DNA of 64,000 nt from positions 1,240,001 to 1,304,000 of the forward strand of contig JAUFOQ010000017.1 in assembly GCA_040285855.1 (NCBI GenBank). The letters run 5' to 3'. The notes below the pieces were generated by a model. The model ran no database searches, was not told the DNA's origin, and was given only the letters and a program-made list of their open reading frames with translations. A program made the position numbers and the translations under genes. Of the stretch, positions 35,362 through 46,410 are shown one piece after another. Within the stretch, counting starts at the first letter, position 1; every line of letters begins with the position of its first letter. This stretch comes from Eukaryota sp. GEM-RC1 (taxonomy: Eukaryota).

Positions 35362-36621
35362 ATGAACTCTCTTGTTGTCACTGAAGCCAAACGCACTGTG
35401 GCCGTTCTTAAAGAAGCAAATACCAAAGCTCAAGCTCTTGCCTTTGTAACCAATGATCTTACTCCACATCTAAAAGACCTCAAATCCATTGACAGCGATC
35501 TTACACACCTCATTGAACAACTTCTCGACACATACAACCAGTACTCCAACCTTGTCAGCAACATTGGTCAAGGATCTCGTGTCAGAGTAGAAGCCTCCCC
35601 AGAATACTCTGAAATCGTTACTATTCTACGTCGTCTTGTTCGTAACTACTGTTCCAAAGCCGTCACTAGCCCTGCTTTCCTTGAAGCTCTGGAGATCCTC
35701 AACAAAGAGGACATCCAGCTGTCTCAGTTCCGACAGACATTGGTTGAACTGACTAGGCTGACAAGTGCAAAGCTACTAGAGTATAATGATCAGCTTCTGC
35801 TTCTTAAAGATGATGATTTATCCACGTTGTTGATTGAGCATTCTAAGTTAAATGATGAGATTAGTAGACTCCGGGTTGATTATAACCGGATTTCTAGTGA
35901 ATTCTCAACAGCTCAAAAATCAAAAGATGACGTGCTTTCAAAACTTCAGAAGTCAATATTTGATTTGGAACAGGAGAAGCAAGCCGCACTTAGTGAAATC
36001 TCAAAAGTTAATGCAGTGCAACGTGAGAACGACCTTAAATCACATACTGAGACAGTCAAAAATCTAAAAGAGGAAAGAGATCGATTGTACAAGCAGTGGA
36101 TGGCTGAAATAGATGATCATAACAAGATTGAAAACGAAGCACGGACTGTCAAATTACAGAAACAAAAGGCTGCTAAGAAGTGGATTGAAGATTATGATGA
36201 CGTTATGACCAAGAAACAACAGGACTATGACGAGTTAAATGAGAAATTTTTAGCAAATAGAGCTGAATTGGAGCGGCTTTCTGAAAAATGGAATGAAATT
36301 GACAGGTTGAAAGCAATCGAAGATGAAAAGCTCAAGATTGAAGCTGAACATCAACAGCATTTGAGGTACATTAGGTCTGTTATTATTATTCAATCACTGT
36401 GGAGAAGACATCAAGTACTGAAAATCCATGGTGCTCTGGTACAGGCTGCTATTGATAAGGTCAGACCGAAGAAGAAGAAAGGGAAAAAAAGGAAAGAAAG
36501 GAAAAAAGGGCGGGAAGAAAAAGAAAAAAGTAGGTGTACTGTTTCTAAGCTGTTTGTTATTCTCTCTGTATTTCTTGTGAAGTCTTTATTTCACTTCAAA
36601 TTCATTATTTCTGTAAAATAA
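35362..36621 (+). CDS. DRC10: Dynein regulatory complex subunit 10 (IQCD)-like
   Basis: N-terminal 'EAKRTVAVLKE', coiled coil, 'WIEDYDDVMTKKQ', IQ motif IIIQSLWRR, Lys-rich tail; true stop may be ~36533. Confidence 0.7.
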   Translation: MNSLVVTEAKRTVAVLKEANTKAQALAFVTNDLTPHLKDLKSIDSDLTHLIEQLLDTYNQYSNLVSNIGQGSRVRVEASPEYSEIVTILRRLVRNYCSKAVTSPAFLEALEILNKEDIQLSQFRQTLVELTRLTSAKLLEYNDQLLLLKDDDLSTLLIEHSKLNDEISRLRVDYNRISSEFSTAQKSKDDVLSKLQKSIFDLEQEKQAALSEISKVNAVQRENDLKSHTETVKNLKEERDRLYKQWMAEIDDHNKIENEARTVKLQKQKAAKKWIEDYDDVMTKKQQDYDELNEKFLANRAELERLSEKWNEIDRLKAIEDEKLKIEAEHQQHLRYIRSVIIIQSLWRRHQVLKIHGALVQAAIDKVRPKKKKGKKRKERKKGREEKEKSRCTVSKLFVILSVFLVKSLFHFKFIISVK

Positions 36622-37209
36622 AATTAGTCGGTCTTAATGATTAGAATGGAAGTGGCAATACATGTACACTACATATATGTATATAAGAAGGAACCGTGTT
36701 ATTCAAACAAATCTAATTACAGTCTTGTTCTACTACATGTAGTAGTTGATGGTGATGATTTGTTGGCAGTGTGTTGAATTATAGTTCATTAAATCATCTG
36801 ATTTACTTAACTAACTTTATTCGGTAACCTTCCAACAAAACTATGAAATTGCAAAAACAACCAAGTAATACCAATATTAAATCCAAACGACTTTATCACC
36901 ACCCGGTAAAAGATTACGTTTTTCAACATCACCCTTCACACCAAACTTGTACAATTTCTCAATTAACTTCTGCAAATGCTTTTATTTCACTGATTGATCA
37001 TAAACCCCGTATTAATCGAGAGAAATAGAAAGGTATATTCCGATATATGGAAAACACTATACGGGTTTTCCGTTCAGCTATTCTAAACTTACGCTAAATT
37101 TACTTAACTAGTGTGTTCTAGTTTTGGTTAGTGTACATTGTACGTGGTAAGTTGGTGTCTTCAAATATAAGTATGTTTTCTGATTTACTCCAGACTTCAA
37201 TCTTCTCTT

Positions 37210-37895
37210 ATGCGATACAAACCTCATCAACCTCGTATTCCCAATGGACTCTCCATTCATTTAGCAATGTTTGACACTGGACAATGTGAAAGTTCTAAAT
37301 GTTCTGGCAAAAGATTGCTCGAATGGGTTTTGTCCAAGAAATGTCTGTCAAGTCCCGATTCAATGGCATTGTTCTTACTCCAATGTCTTCCTCATATGTA
37401 TCTCCAGCTGACAAACCATTTGTTCTCAAATATGGCATCGCTGTTGTCGATTGTTCTTGGAACAGAGTTGATGAACCAGAATCCCAACTCATCCTCAAGA
37501 AAACCGCTGGACCATTCCCAAGACTCCTTCCCTTCCTTGTTGCAGCCAATCCCATCAACTACGGACGACCCTTCAAACTCAACGATGCCGAGGCCTTTGC
37601 TGCTGCATTGTACATTACAGGATTTGAAGAGGATGCTTATAAAGTTCTAGAACCTTTCAATTGGGGAACTGCCTTCTTTGATATCAATGAAGAGTATTTG
37701 GATGTTTACCAACAGTGTTCTAACAATGATGACGTCACTAATGCTCATGAGCAGTTTTTGTCATCAATTGCTGAACATTTGGAGGAAAAGGAAGCTAGAA
37801 AACAAGAGGAAAGCGGTGGTGACTATCTTAATGGGTTTGATCTGCCACCTCAATCGTCAGAGGAGGAGCAGGAGTCTGATTATGAGTACAAGTAG
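37210..37895 (+). CDS. TSR3: 18S rRNA aminocarboxypropyltransferase TSR3
   Basis: LAMFDTGQC..KCSGK, VSPAD, VVDCSW, RLLPFLVAANPINYGRPFKL..AEAFAAALYI; one A missing near 37310. Confidence 0.95.
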
Positions 37896-38334
37896 TTTGT
37901 CTGACCGTTTTTTGGTAGGTTTTTTGTGTTAGTTTATTTTTTAGTTTTTTTGTTCTTTATATTTAAGTTTAGCAAACGGTTTGGTACTGCTGTTTGTATT
38001 CAAAGCAAGGTTTGCAGATTTTCTTTTATGCACTCCTTATTACATTTTGTCTAGACACAGTTAATTATTGATTTAGTAGTATTATTTCATTTAAAACTAT
38101 ACAAATTCGATATGGTCACAGAAACAAAGGATCAGACAATGTTTTAGACTATGTCCTCAACGTTATTTCTTAGACGTTCTTTAATTTTATTTGAACTTGG
38201 AATTTCTATTTCATACATAAGGTTTTACTCACGACAATATCACGAAAAAATGTTAAACCACTTCAAACACCGTCTTATGGTTGGCATGTGTAAATCTTTG
38301 AATACCAGATTTGAGAAGTAGCAAACATTATAGT

Positions 38335-39270
38335 CAGGGGTACTCAAAATTGAATTGCCAATTAATTGGTTCTCAAATTATGGAAACAATTAATATTGCA
38401 ATTAGTGCAATTAATTGGCAATTAATTGACCAATTCATCAGTTATTGTTTATGAAAACAAAATCGTAGATTATAAAACTAAATTCGGAATACAATCGTGT
38501 TCCGCATACAAATTTGCTTCGCCAATCTTCGTTAAAACTTCCCTTCCCACAACAAAGGCATTTTGTACCCCTCTTTTATTATCCTTAAGAGAATGTCTGC
38601 TGGCAGAAATCGATCGCTTTCCGTCTGTCTCACCATTATCAACATTGACAACATTGCTGTGCAGGGCCATTGTTCGACACTTTAACCATTGAAAAGTTTT
38701 CAGTTATGTTGGTGGAGTCTTGTTATTGCTATATAAATTTGTGATTTGAAATACATAAATCAAAAAGATTTAACTTCTTCTGAATCGGCTAATGTTTTTT
38801 TTTGAGATGATCTTTTATTCGAGAATAAAAAAAAGATGATCTAAAACTCAATGTCATCAAAACAAGATTCCTTCGAATCGAACCTTGTTGAAGCTTTGTC
38901 TTCATAAAAACACACTTAGGGATAACAAAGCTTTTGAAATCATTGTTGGAACTGCCTTTAGAATCGTAAAGACAATTCGGTTCTGCCAAAAGAACGATCA
39001 AATATTTTGTGATCGGCTAATGTAGACACACTTTATGAGATTTCGATAAAAAAGTTTTTGTTCGCACACATTTTTTAAAGCTAGATTGCTTTCTTTTCGC
39101 ATTTCAATAATTGTTCTGCAGTATATTCATAACAAACTGATTAGACCAATAATTGGTTAATTGGTCAATTAATTGCCAATTAATTGGTGGGGTATGACGA
39201 TCGACCAATTAATATTGCAATTAATTGATTGGCAATAACTGAATTGGCAATTCAATTTTGAGTACCCCTG
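38335..39270. mobile_element. hAT-like deletion derivative, 936 bp
   Basis: Perfect TIR CAGGGGTACTCAAAATTGAATTGCCAATT; TSD ATTATAGT; minus-strand remnant ending 'IKDHLKKKH' (possibly BED-finger-like). Confidence 0.9.
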
Positions 39271-39278
39271 ATTATAGT

Positions 39279-40274
39279 CAGGGCTCTGTAATATTGAATT
39301 GCCAATTCAATATTGTCAATAAATATGTACCAATATTGATTGGTTGCCGAAAAACCAATACCAATATATTGCCAATATTGATCAATATGGATGTTTGGGT
39401 ATTTTGTCTCAAACATCTACGGGACAATGTATATGAGTGTCTGTCAGCTGTACATTAATTGAACTTCTTAGTACAAATGAGCCAACCACTTACGTTATGA
39501 GAAAATCTGTCAATCCAATAGAAGAATTATATAGTTCAAACTTAACTTACTCTTACTATCTTTATGACGGACAATAAAACAATCTGTCTCACCTTTTATT
39601 CCCTTACATCCAAGAATTTGAGTCCGGTGTCTTGAAAGTAATTGATGGAACCGAAAGTTTATTTACTACTCAAGAAAAGAACTATCTTCAGAAGTTTGAA
39701 ATGGGGGAAAGTCCTGTCATTTTGTTTCCAGAACCAGAAAGTCAGGGAAGGAGAGAAAGGAACGCTTTCTGAACGAGCCTCTCAATTATCACAGACCAGA
39801 AGAACTGCCAATAGAAAATATCAAGATTTGACTTGGATTCCAGCCACTTCTGTGGAGATTGAGAGACTTTTTTCCAAAGTCAAACTTGCAGTTGGAATGA
39901 CTCGCTATTCTTTATCCAATAGCAGATTGAAAGCTCAACTTTGGTTGCATTACAACAGAAGTCTTTGGAATGTTGGAACTGTTCGTAAAGCTTGTTGAAT
40001 ACAATTAATCAATGTTAATCTAAAGAAGTCTTTAGTTTCTTTTTCTGGATTAGTATGTATTATATTATAATTATTGTTGCAAGTACACTCTTCATTGGTT
40101 TTACAGTAGTAGTTTATTGTTTTATGCATTTTAGAAGTAGATCTTGATAAAGCTACTTCATATACTAGGTTTAACTATATTGGCAATATTGGCAATATAT
40201 TGGTCGATACCAATATTGATTGGAAGGTCAAAAACCAATACCAATATATTGCAATACAATATTACAGAGCCCTG
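39279..40274 (+). mobile_element. hAT deletion derivative with C-terminal dimerisation domain, 996 bp
   Basis: TIR CAGGGCTCTGTAATATTG; TSD ATTATAGT; ORF 39642-39998 contains 'WIPATSVEIERLFSKVKL..RYSL..L.AQLWLHYNRSLW'. Confidence 0.93.
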
Positions 40275-41159
40275 ATTATAGTACACCTTTCTTTATATTT
40301 GTATACATATGTGATTTCTTACGATTAATGTTTCAAACATCTGACATTATACTGTATATGTAACAGTATCTATTTTTCCTTCATGTTCCTTCATCTAGAA
40401 GTTGTTGATTGATAGGATTCTTTAAAAAATGTGGAAATTTAATTATACATGTAATCTTCTGAAAACATTAAAATTTGTTATCATCCAAACAAGACACATC
40501 ACGGTCAAATCGTTCAATTGCTTTGTTCATATAACGAACTCACAGAGAAAGATAGGATCTTTTATAGGAAATTAAGATACTGATGAAGATAGATTACACA
40601 ACGATTAGCAACACCCATGTAGTGTTGCCACATTATATTAAACAATGAAATTCTCATTCTGAACAAACTACATTTAGAATACAAAACAACATTCAAGTCT
40701 GCTGGATGAGGTCGAGGAAGACTTGCTCCTTATACGTGGGAAAAAAGCCACAAGCAAAGAAAAGTTGAATTGAGTCTGAGGGGTGTGAATCAATTGATTA
40801 ATAGGAATTTATGGAGTGAATTTTATTGCAGAAAAAGTGAGTGTTACTAAAAACGTACATTTTACATGTGTAGCTCGTTAGTTGCTCATGGGTCAATACT
40901 TATGTATATGTTCACTACTCAAACTAAAAAATATGAGGTAATACAACATCTCTGCTCTTGTATTTATCTATTTGTACTTTTTGCACCCCTTGTATTTTCC
41001 AGGTACAACAGTACATGTAGTACTTAAAAAACGAATTGATTTGAAAATGATTTGAACGGACTTGCAGACAAACAATGACATTTCGTCTTCTCGGAACTGC
41101 GAAATTGTTGTGGTGACGTGATAATTAATAAATACTACTTAAGGTCTTTAAAAGATCGT

Positions 41160-41223
41160 AAAAATGACTTCGACTTGAGTCAAATGAAAAAAATGACTTG
41201 AGTCAAGTCATTGGACAACCCTA
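41160..41223. repeat. Orphan MITE end
   Basis: GACTTGAGTCAA repeats ending in GGACAACCCTA (reverse complement TAGGGTTGTCC), like other TIRs in the window; no partner end was found. Confidence 0.45.
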
Positions 41224-42060
41224 ATATTTACTGGTCTTGATGGTTCTTTCATTTTTACTGATGTTATGTCTATTGATGTTTGTATTGACTGGAACTAGAA
41301 ACTTGCCAGTCTAATAGTCGAGTGTAAACCGAATTCAATAATTTTAGTTTAGCACATTATTTTTCATTTTATATTTTTCACTAATCAACAATGGGTTTTA
41401 ACATTAGATTTAACAAGTTTCTTGCTATTTACTAACTGTCCGTAAATTGAATCACCAAGTCTACCTTCCACTTTTTGATGGTGGTGAAGACTAACCTGTC
41501 CCTTATAATGTGAAATCATCCTAGACTAGCAGTGGTCCGACATCGTTTCCAGCATTTCTTTTTTCTTGTTGTGCTGAAAGAAATTTTCACAACATGTTTT
41601 TCACAGATTTATAGGTTTCAGTTTATTACAACAATATATATATGGTTTATTCTCTTCGAAAAATTAATTTACTTTTCAATTTTTCGACATCCGTGGCCTC
41701 GAGCGCAAAGCGGCACGTGAAAGGGTACAATTAACCTTTTCATCTATCTCCATGCATTGATACTTTAGTTCAATCGTGGCAGGATTTTCATCATCAATCA
41801 TTTGGGCTTCAAGAATATTGTTGTCAGCGATTGGACCAAATGATTACTTGATCTCATCTGATTTCAATTCTTTAAATAGACAGCCGTCAGAACGATAATA
41901 GTACACAGACTTTGACCATTTCAGACAGTTCATTGTTATATTTTTCAGTGGATAAAGAGTAGCAGCTGTTGTGTTGAGCATGAGCATTTCCCGGGGTTTA
42001 TGATCAATCAGTACATGTACAGTAGTAAGACAAAATTTGGATCCTGAAATTTCACACCAA

Positions 42061-42613
42061 ATGCTCCTCATGTACAAGTTCCATATCAGGGCTTATACAG
42101 TGCTGTCGCTAACTATCACATGTTTCGGCATTCTTGCTGGATTTAACGCCCTTTCAATGTTCTGGTTAAACCAACCAGGCAAGCTTCAAGATTTCTCCAT
42201 TTCATCTTCCACGTTTGCTACAACACTTGTTCCGACCTGATCTCAGACATACACACTCTAACTATGGTAAAAATCTTCATTATGCACTTTTCAGTTTCAA
42301 CCTGACACTCGATCTAACCCCTGAGATCAATTGGAACACAAAACAGGCTTTTGTTTACATTAGAATCAATTATCTGTATCACAACAAACCACAAAGCAAG
42401 ATCATATGGGATACCATCGTGACACGGACAGATAATTGGCATCTACAACTTTCTGAGGATATTGATGGCATGTCCCATTTTCCCTTAGTGTTACACCAAC
42501 CATCCATGAACAAAGACTTCACTGCATCCGTTCATTGGGATATTTCTCCATACGCAGGGCTTCTTTATAGACGTAATGCTGACGTTTCCATTCCAGTCTC
42601 AGTGAATAAATAA
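42061..42613 (+). CDS. SPCS3: Signal peptidase complex subunit 3 (SPC22/23)
   Basis: N-terminal TM segment, 'DLTPEINWNTKQAFVYI', 'IIWDTIV', 'HWDISPYAGLL'; frameshift near 42215. Confidence 0.88.
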
Positions 42614-44148
42614 GAGAAATTTGTAGTAAAAACTAAGCGTTTATTATGTGAAACAAATGAGCTTTGGAGTTTCATGTGAACTATAAGGGTTGATTGTTCT
42701 ATATACAGCGCAATGTTTTGGAAGCATATCATATCATGCATCCCGTTTGAAACTTTGTAAACCAGTACCGAACACGTGTCATCATCATGATTCATGTGAA
42801 ATGCGATATTTCTAGCATACCAGACAGAAGAAGTAAGATAAAAATATTCGGTATATGGAAGATGGAAATCACCAAAATTGTTGCGTTCTGCCTTACGGTC
42901 AATTCCTTCCAGTATACTGTCAGCAGCCCTGCAACTTGGTCCCTTTGTGAGCACAATTATGTATTAAATGACGATAATTTTCCGGCCAGGATTTTTTCTT
43001 TGTGGTCTCTTAAATTCTGTTCGGATTTAAGACCCAAATATTGTTCATTTTTGAACAATTGTCTATCGCAGTCTTCTCTCTTGTTTACACTTTTAATAAT
43101 AGTAAATTGTTAATGGATAGAACTTTCAATGCACTTAGACCGTTCAACTCTTGTTGAAAAACTGTTCGATTCGGTTTCTCGTGTCTGTTAGTTTTTTAAA
43201 ATAGTTAATGATTGACACTTAATGACCACCAAGCTTCATTAGTAATTGTTTATGCATTTGCCAATATTTTTGATTACCTATATAAATACTTGTAATTAAT
43301 AACGGAAAATTGATTATGATAACAATCAAACTACCTGTATAAAATCTAAAGTGGAAAATTCAGAATAAGCCGTCTTTAAGGATGTCTTATTGCAAACATC
43401 CGCAGACACTTCATCAACGACATGCAATTTGCCCGAAGAAGAAGGGTCAACCACATCTGCTCTCCGTTTACCAAGAAGTTGTCAACTAGAAGTTCGTTTT
43501 ATCTCATAATTTAGGTCCAGCTTCAATAATCGTCTGCTTGAAGAGAACTAAAGTTTCACAGACTGTTAAGTTATCTATCTCTCAAGTTATTTGAGTCCTT
43601 TTAGAACTGTACTCACTTTAAAAATTGAACGAGAGTAAGAGTATCACTTTTATAAACACCAATAAACGAAACACAAACTAGTACGTATGATGTTCGAATA
43701 CAATAACATCATCAATGTCAACGTGTGAGAATTGCGTAGTTCGTTTGAAAGTTGTTTTAATAGTCTGTATTTATATTTAGTTTCTTATTGTGTATTTGTC
43801 AATGCACATAAATTTACTCTTTTTAGTAACTAATAGATACTACACATTTTTCTAGATTCCAATTTAATTGAAAGTATCATCTCACTAATAAAATTCAAAT
43901 TTTTTCCAAGAAATGTCTGTTATAAATGTCATCGTTTTGTTACAATTTATTGGAGAATTTTCGTCGTCTAGCTGTTGATGTTCTTTGTTCTAATCATCCA
44001 ATCACATTTTGGGCCATAATGTTGATCCCTAATTAATAACGTAATTACACATCCTAAACAGATCACAATCGTCACGTTTGATAACTTAAACTACACGCAT
44101 TTCAGATTGCAGAAATTCGAAATTGAATTCGCTTTAGTTTCTCTCAAA

Positions 44149-45006
44149 ATGTCTCTTGAAGAAGAGAACATCCCAACTGTCTCATGGACAAATGACAACC
44201 CCTCGTCTCCCCTATCAGAGCCACAGGATTCTATTAAGACAGAACCCTCCTCTGAAGTCCGTTCTGAGTTTGAACGTCCTCCATCACGTAACGATAGAAG
44301 TCCTCCTCCTAACCTTCCTCATCCCTCTAACACTCGCTCTCCGCATCCCTCAGACACTCATTCTCCTCGTCACATGGATACCTCTCACCCTAGTGACGAA
44401 AACACCCCTCCCTCTCAAGTCTTGGCACTATTCAATCTACACAACACCATCACTGAACAGGATATTTCAGACTTTTTCACTTCTCTTTCATTTCCACCTT
44501 CCAGCACTACCATCCCGAGGGGCAAGTTCTTTGCTTTTGTTGACTTTGGTGATGTGGAAACTGCGACGAAAGCTCTCGCCGAGGTTTCTTCTGCCCCCCT
44601 CATCATTGGCAACAACTCAAATCACATACGCATTGACTTCTCCAAGACCCTGGAGCCTCACAAAAGCACTCCTGGGAGGTACATGGGAAGACCAGTAAGG
44701 CGGAGCTTCGAACGTCATCGAGATTTCCACCCGGTGCGGTCTGGGTCCCGCCTCGCTCCACCAGAGCCTTACCGAGACTACCGGCGCTACAGAGATGAAC
44801 CTAGGAGAGATTCCTATAGGAGAGATTTTCATCCACGTGATGATAGGGGTTATGGTCCCAGAGATGGCCATAGGGATCATGGTTATTATGACCGTGTTCC
44901 AGATAGAAGGGATGATTATGGCTCAAGTAGAGGTTATAGGGATGATCGCAGAGAGCCTAGTAGGCCATATGGAGATTATTATTCTAGTAGTTACGGTAGA
45001 TATTAG
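44149..45006 (+). CDS. TRA2: Transformer-2-like RRM splicing factor
   Basis: RRM (VLALFNL, FAFVDF) followed by the TRA2 signature 'IRIDFSKT..PHKSTPGRYMGRP'; RD/RG/Y-rich tail. Confidence 0.8.
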   Translation: MSLEEENIPTVSWTNDNPSSPLSEPQDSIKTEPSSEVRSEFERPPSRNDRSPPPNLPHPSNTRSPHPSDTHSPRHMDTSHPSDENTPPSQVLALFNLHNTITEQDISDFFTSLSFPPSSTTIPRGKFFAFVDFGDVETATKALAEVSSAPLIIGNNSNHIRIDFSKTLEPHKSTPGRYMGRPVRRSFERHRDFHPVRSGSRLAPPEPYRDYRRYRDEPRRDSYRRDFHPRDDRGYGPRDGHRDHGYYDRVPDRRDDYGSSRGYRDDRREPSRPYGDYYSSSYGRY

Positions 45007-45116
45007 ATGTTATGAACATCTAATTAGTTGTTGTTGCTGCTTCTTGTATTAGTATGCAGATGTATTTTTTTTGGAAATTTCTAGCTCGGTGGATAAATAT
45101 TGGTGGTTTATTTGTT

Positions 45117-45530
45117 TTAAAGCGGACTCTTGGGTTCAGCAAGAGGAAAACCTGTATTGGGACTAAATCCATAGCCAAAGTCCATGAGACACTCTCCTGG
45201 AGGGCAATAAGACGAAGGATACTGTTGTGGTGTTGAAGGAGGTTGTGATTCGTCCGTAAGAGAGCTGTTGTGTATGAGTTCAATAAGATCTGGTTTTGTA
45301 CATGAATGAGGTGGTATAACATCGTGATCAATAAGATACTGTCGAAGCTGTTGAACTGTGAAAGATTGGAAAGGACTTGATGCTAACGGATTGAAGTGAA
45401 CATTTGCTAGCGAAACAAGATCAGATTTACGCTTTGTGGTAGGTGGAATATCGATGTTGTGGCTATTGAGCAATTCTCTTAGTTCTTTAATGGTTAAAGC
45501 CCTGAGTTGTTTGAGACAAGCGGTTGTCAT
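45117..45530 (-). CDS. Small protein with two HeH/SAP-like repeats
   Basis: 'LTIKELRELLNSHNI..KSDLVSL' and 'FTVQQLRQYLIDHDV..KPDLIEL'. Confidence 0.6.
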   Translation of the reverse strand: MTTACLKQLRALTIKELRELLNSHNIDIPPTTKRKSDLVSLANVHFNPLASSPFQSFTVQQLRQYLIDHDVIPPHSCTKPDLIELIHNSSLTDESQPPSTPQQYPSSYCPPGECLMDFGYGFSPNTGFPLAEPKSPL

Positions 45531-45600
45531 TTGAATTTTTGCCTATCATTGACGTAACGTCAACTATTAAATTCTGGTTTTTGCACAAATTGGTAAAACC

Positions 45601-46228
45601 CATAGTTGTGGATACCTAAATTCGAGGTATTTCGGTAGGTATCAGGTATTGAGGTAGGTATGAGGTATTTTCATGTCTCATATTGGAGATACCTGTTGCT
45701 ACCAAAAGTACCCTTCTAATGCTACATTTAAATAGTATTAATTTTGTTTAGTACATTTGGATTAATCAACTTTTCTATTTTAGAACAAATGGATACAATG
45801 TACGTGTTCTAAGTCAACACCACATTAAAACTGTTTGTTGAATTATTGCCAACCTTCGCATTGAATCATCTTTTCCCAAAAAAGGACACTTTTTTGCTAC
45901 CATTAGGCAATCTTCTATGAACCCATTGTGGAAGCTTGACACAGCCAAGATTATTAAGACAGAATTTGTGGATATCAGGTGTAATGGTTGTCAACTATAA
46001 GGATGGACTATGTGGAAGAAAAACAAGACGCAGCGACGAGTAATATAGTTTATAGCACTGTATATTGTTGATTGAGATGTTTGTACAACAGGTTATATAA
46101 ATTAGCTTCGATAATGTGTTCAATCATTTTTCTGGGTATTCAGGTATCAGGCTGAGGTATTCGGTATTTTGGTATTTTGGTAGGTATTAGGTATTCTTTT
46201 TATTGGGATATAGGTATCCACAACTATG
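45601..46228. mobile_element. hAT-like TIR element (MITE), 628 bp
   Basis: TIR CATAGTTGTGGATACCTA; perfect TSD GTAAAACC; subterminal AGGTAT repeats. Confidence 0.92.
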
Positions 46229-46410
46229 GTAAAACCTACTACTAGTAATAATTGTTTCAGTATAAACCTATTTTACGTGCAGTGTCTTACACAGGAATTG
46301 ATGAAAACCCTGGCATTCGAAGTTCAAATGACCTTCGAACCGTGCTCTGAATTCTCAAATTCCATAATCAATCGCTTCTTTTCATCTCATTGTCTTCTTA
46401 AGTTACCCTA

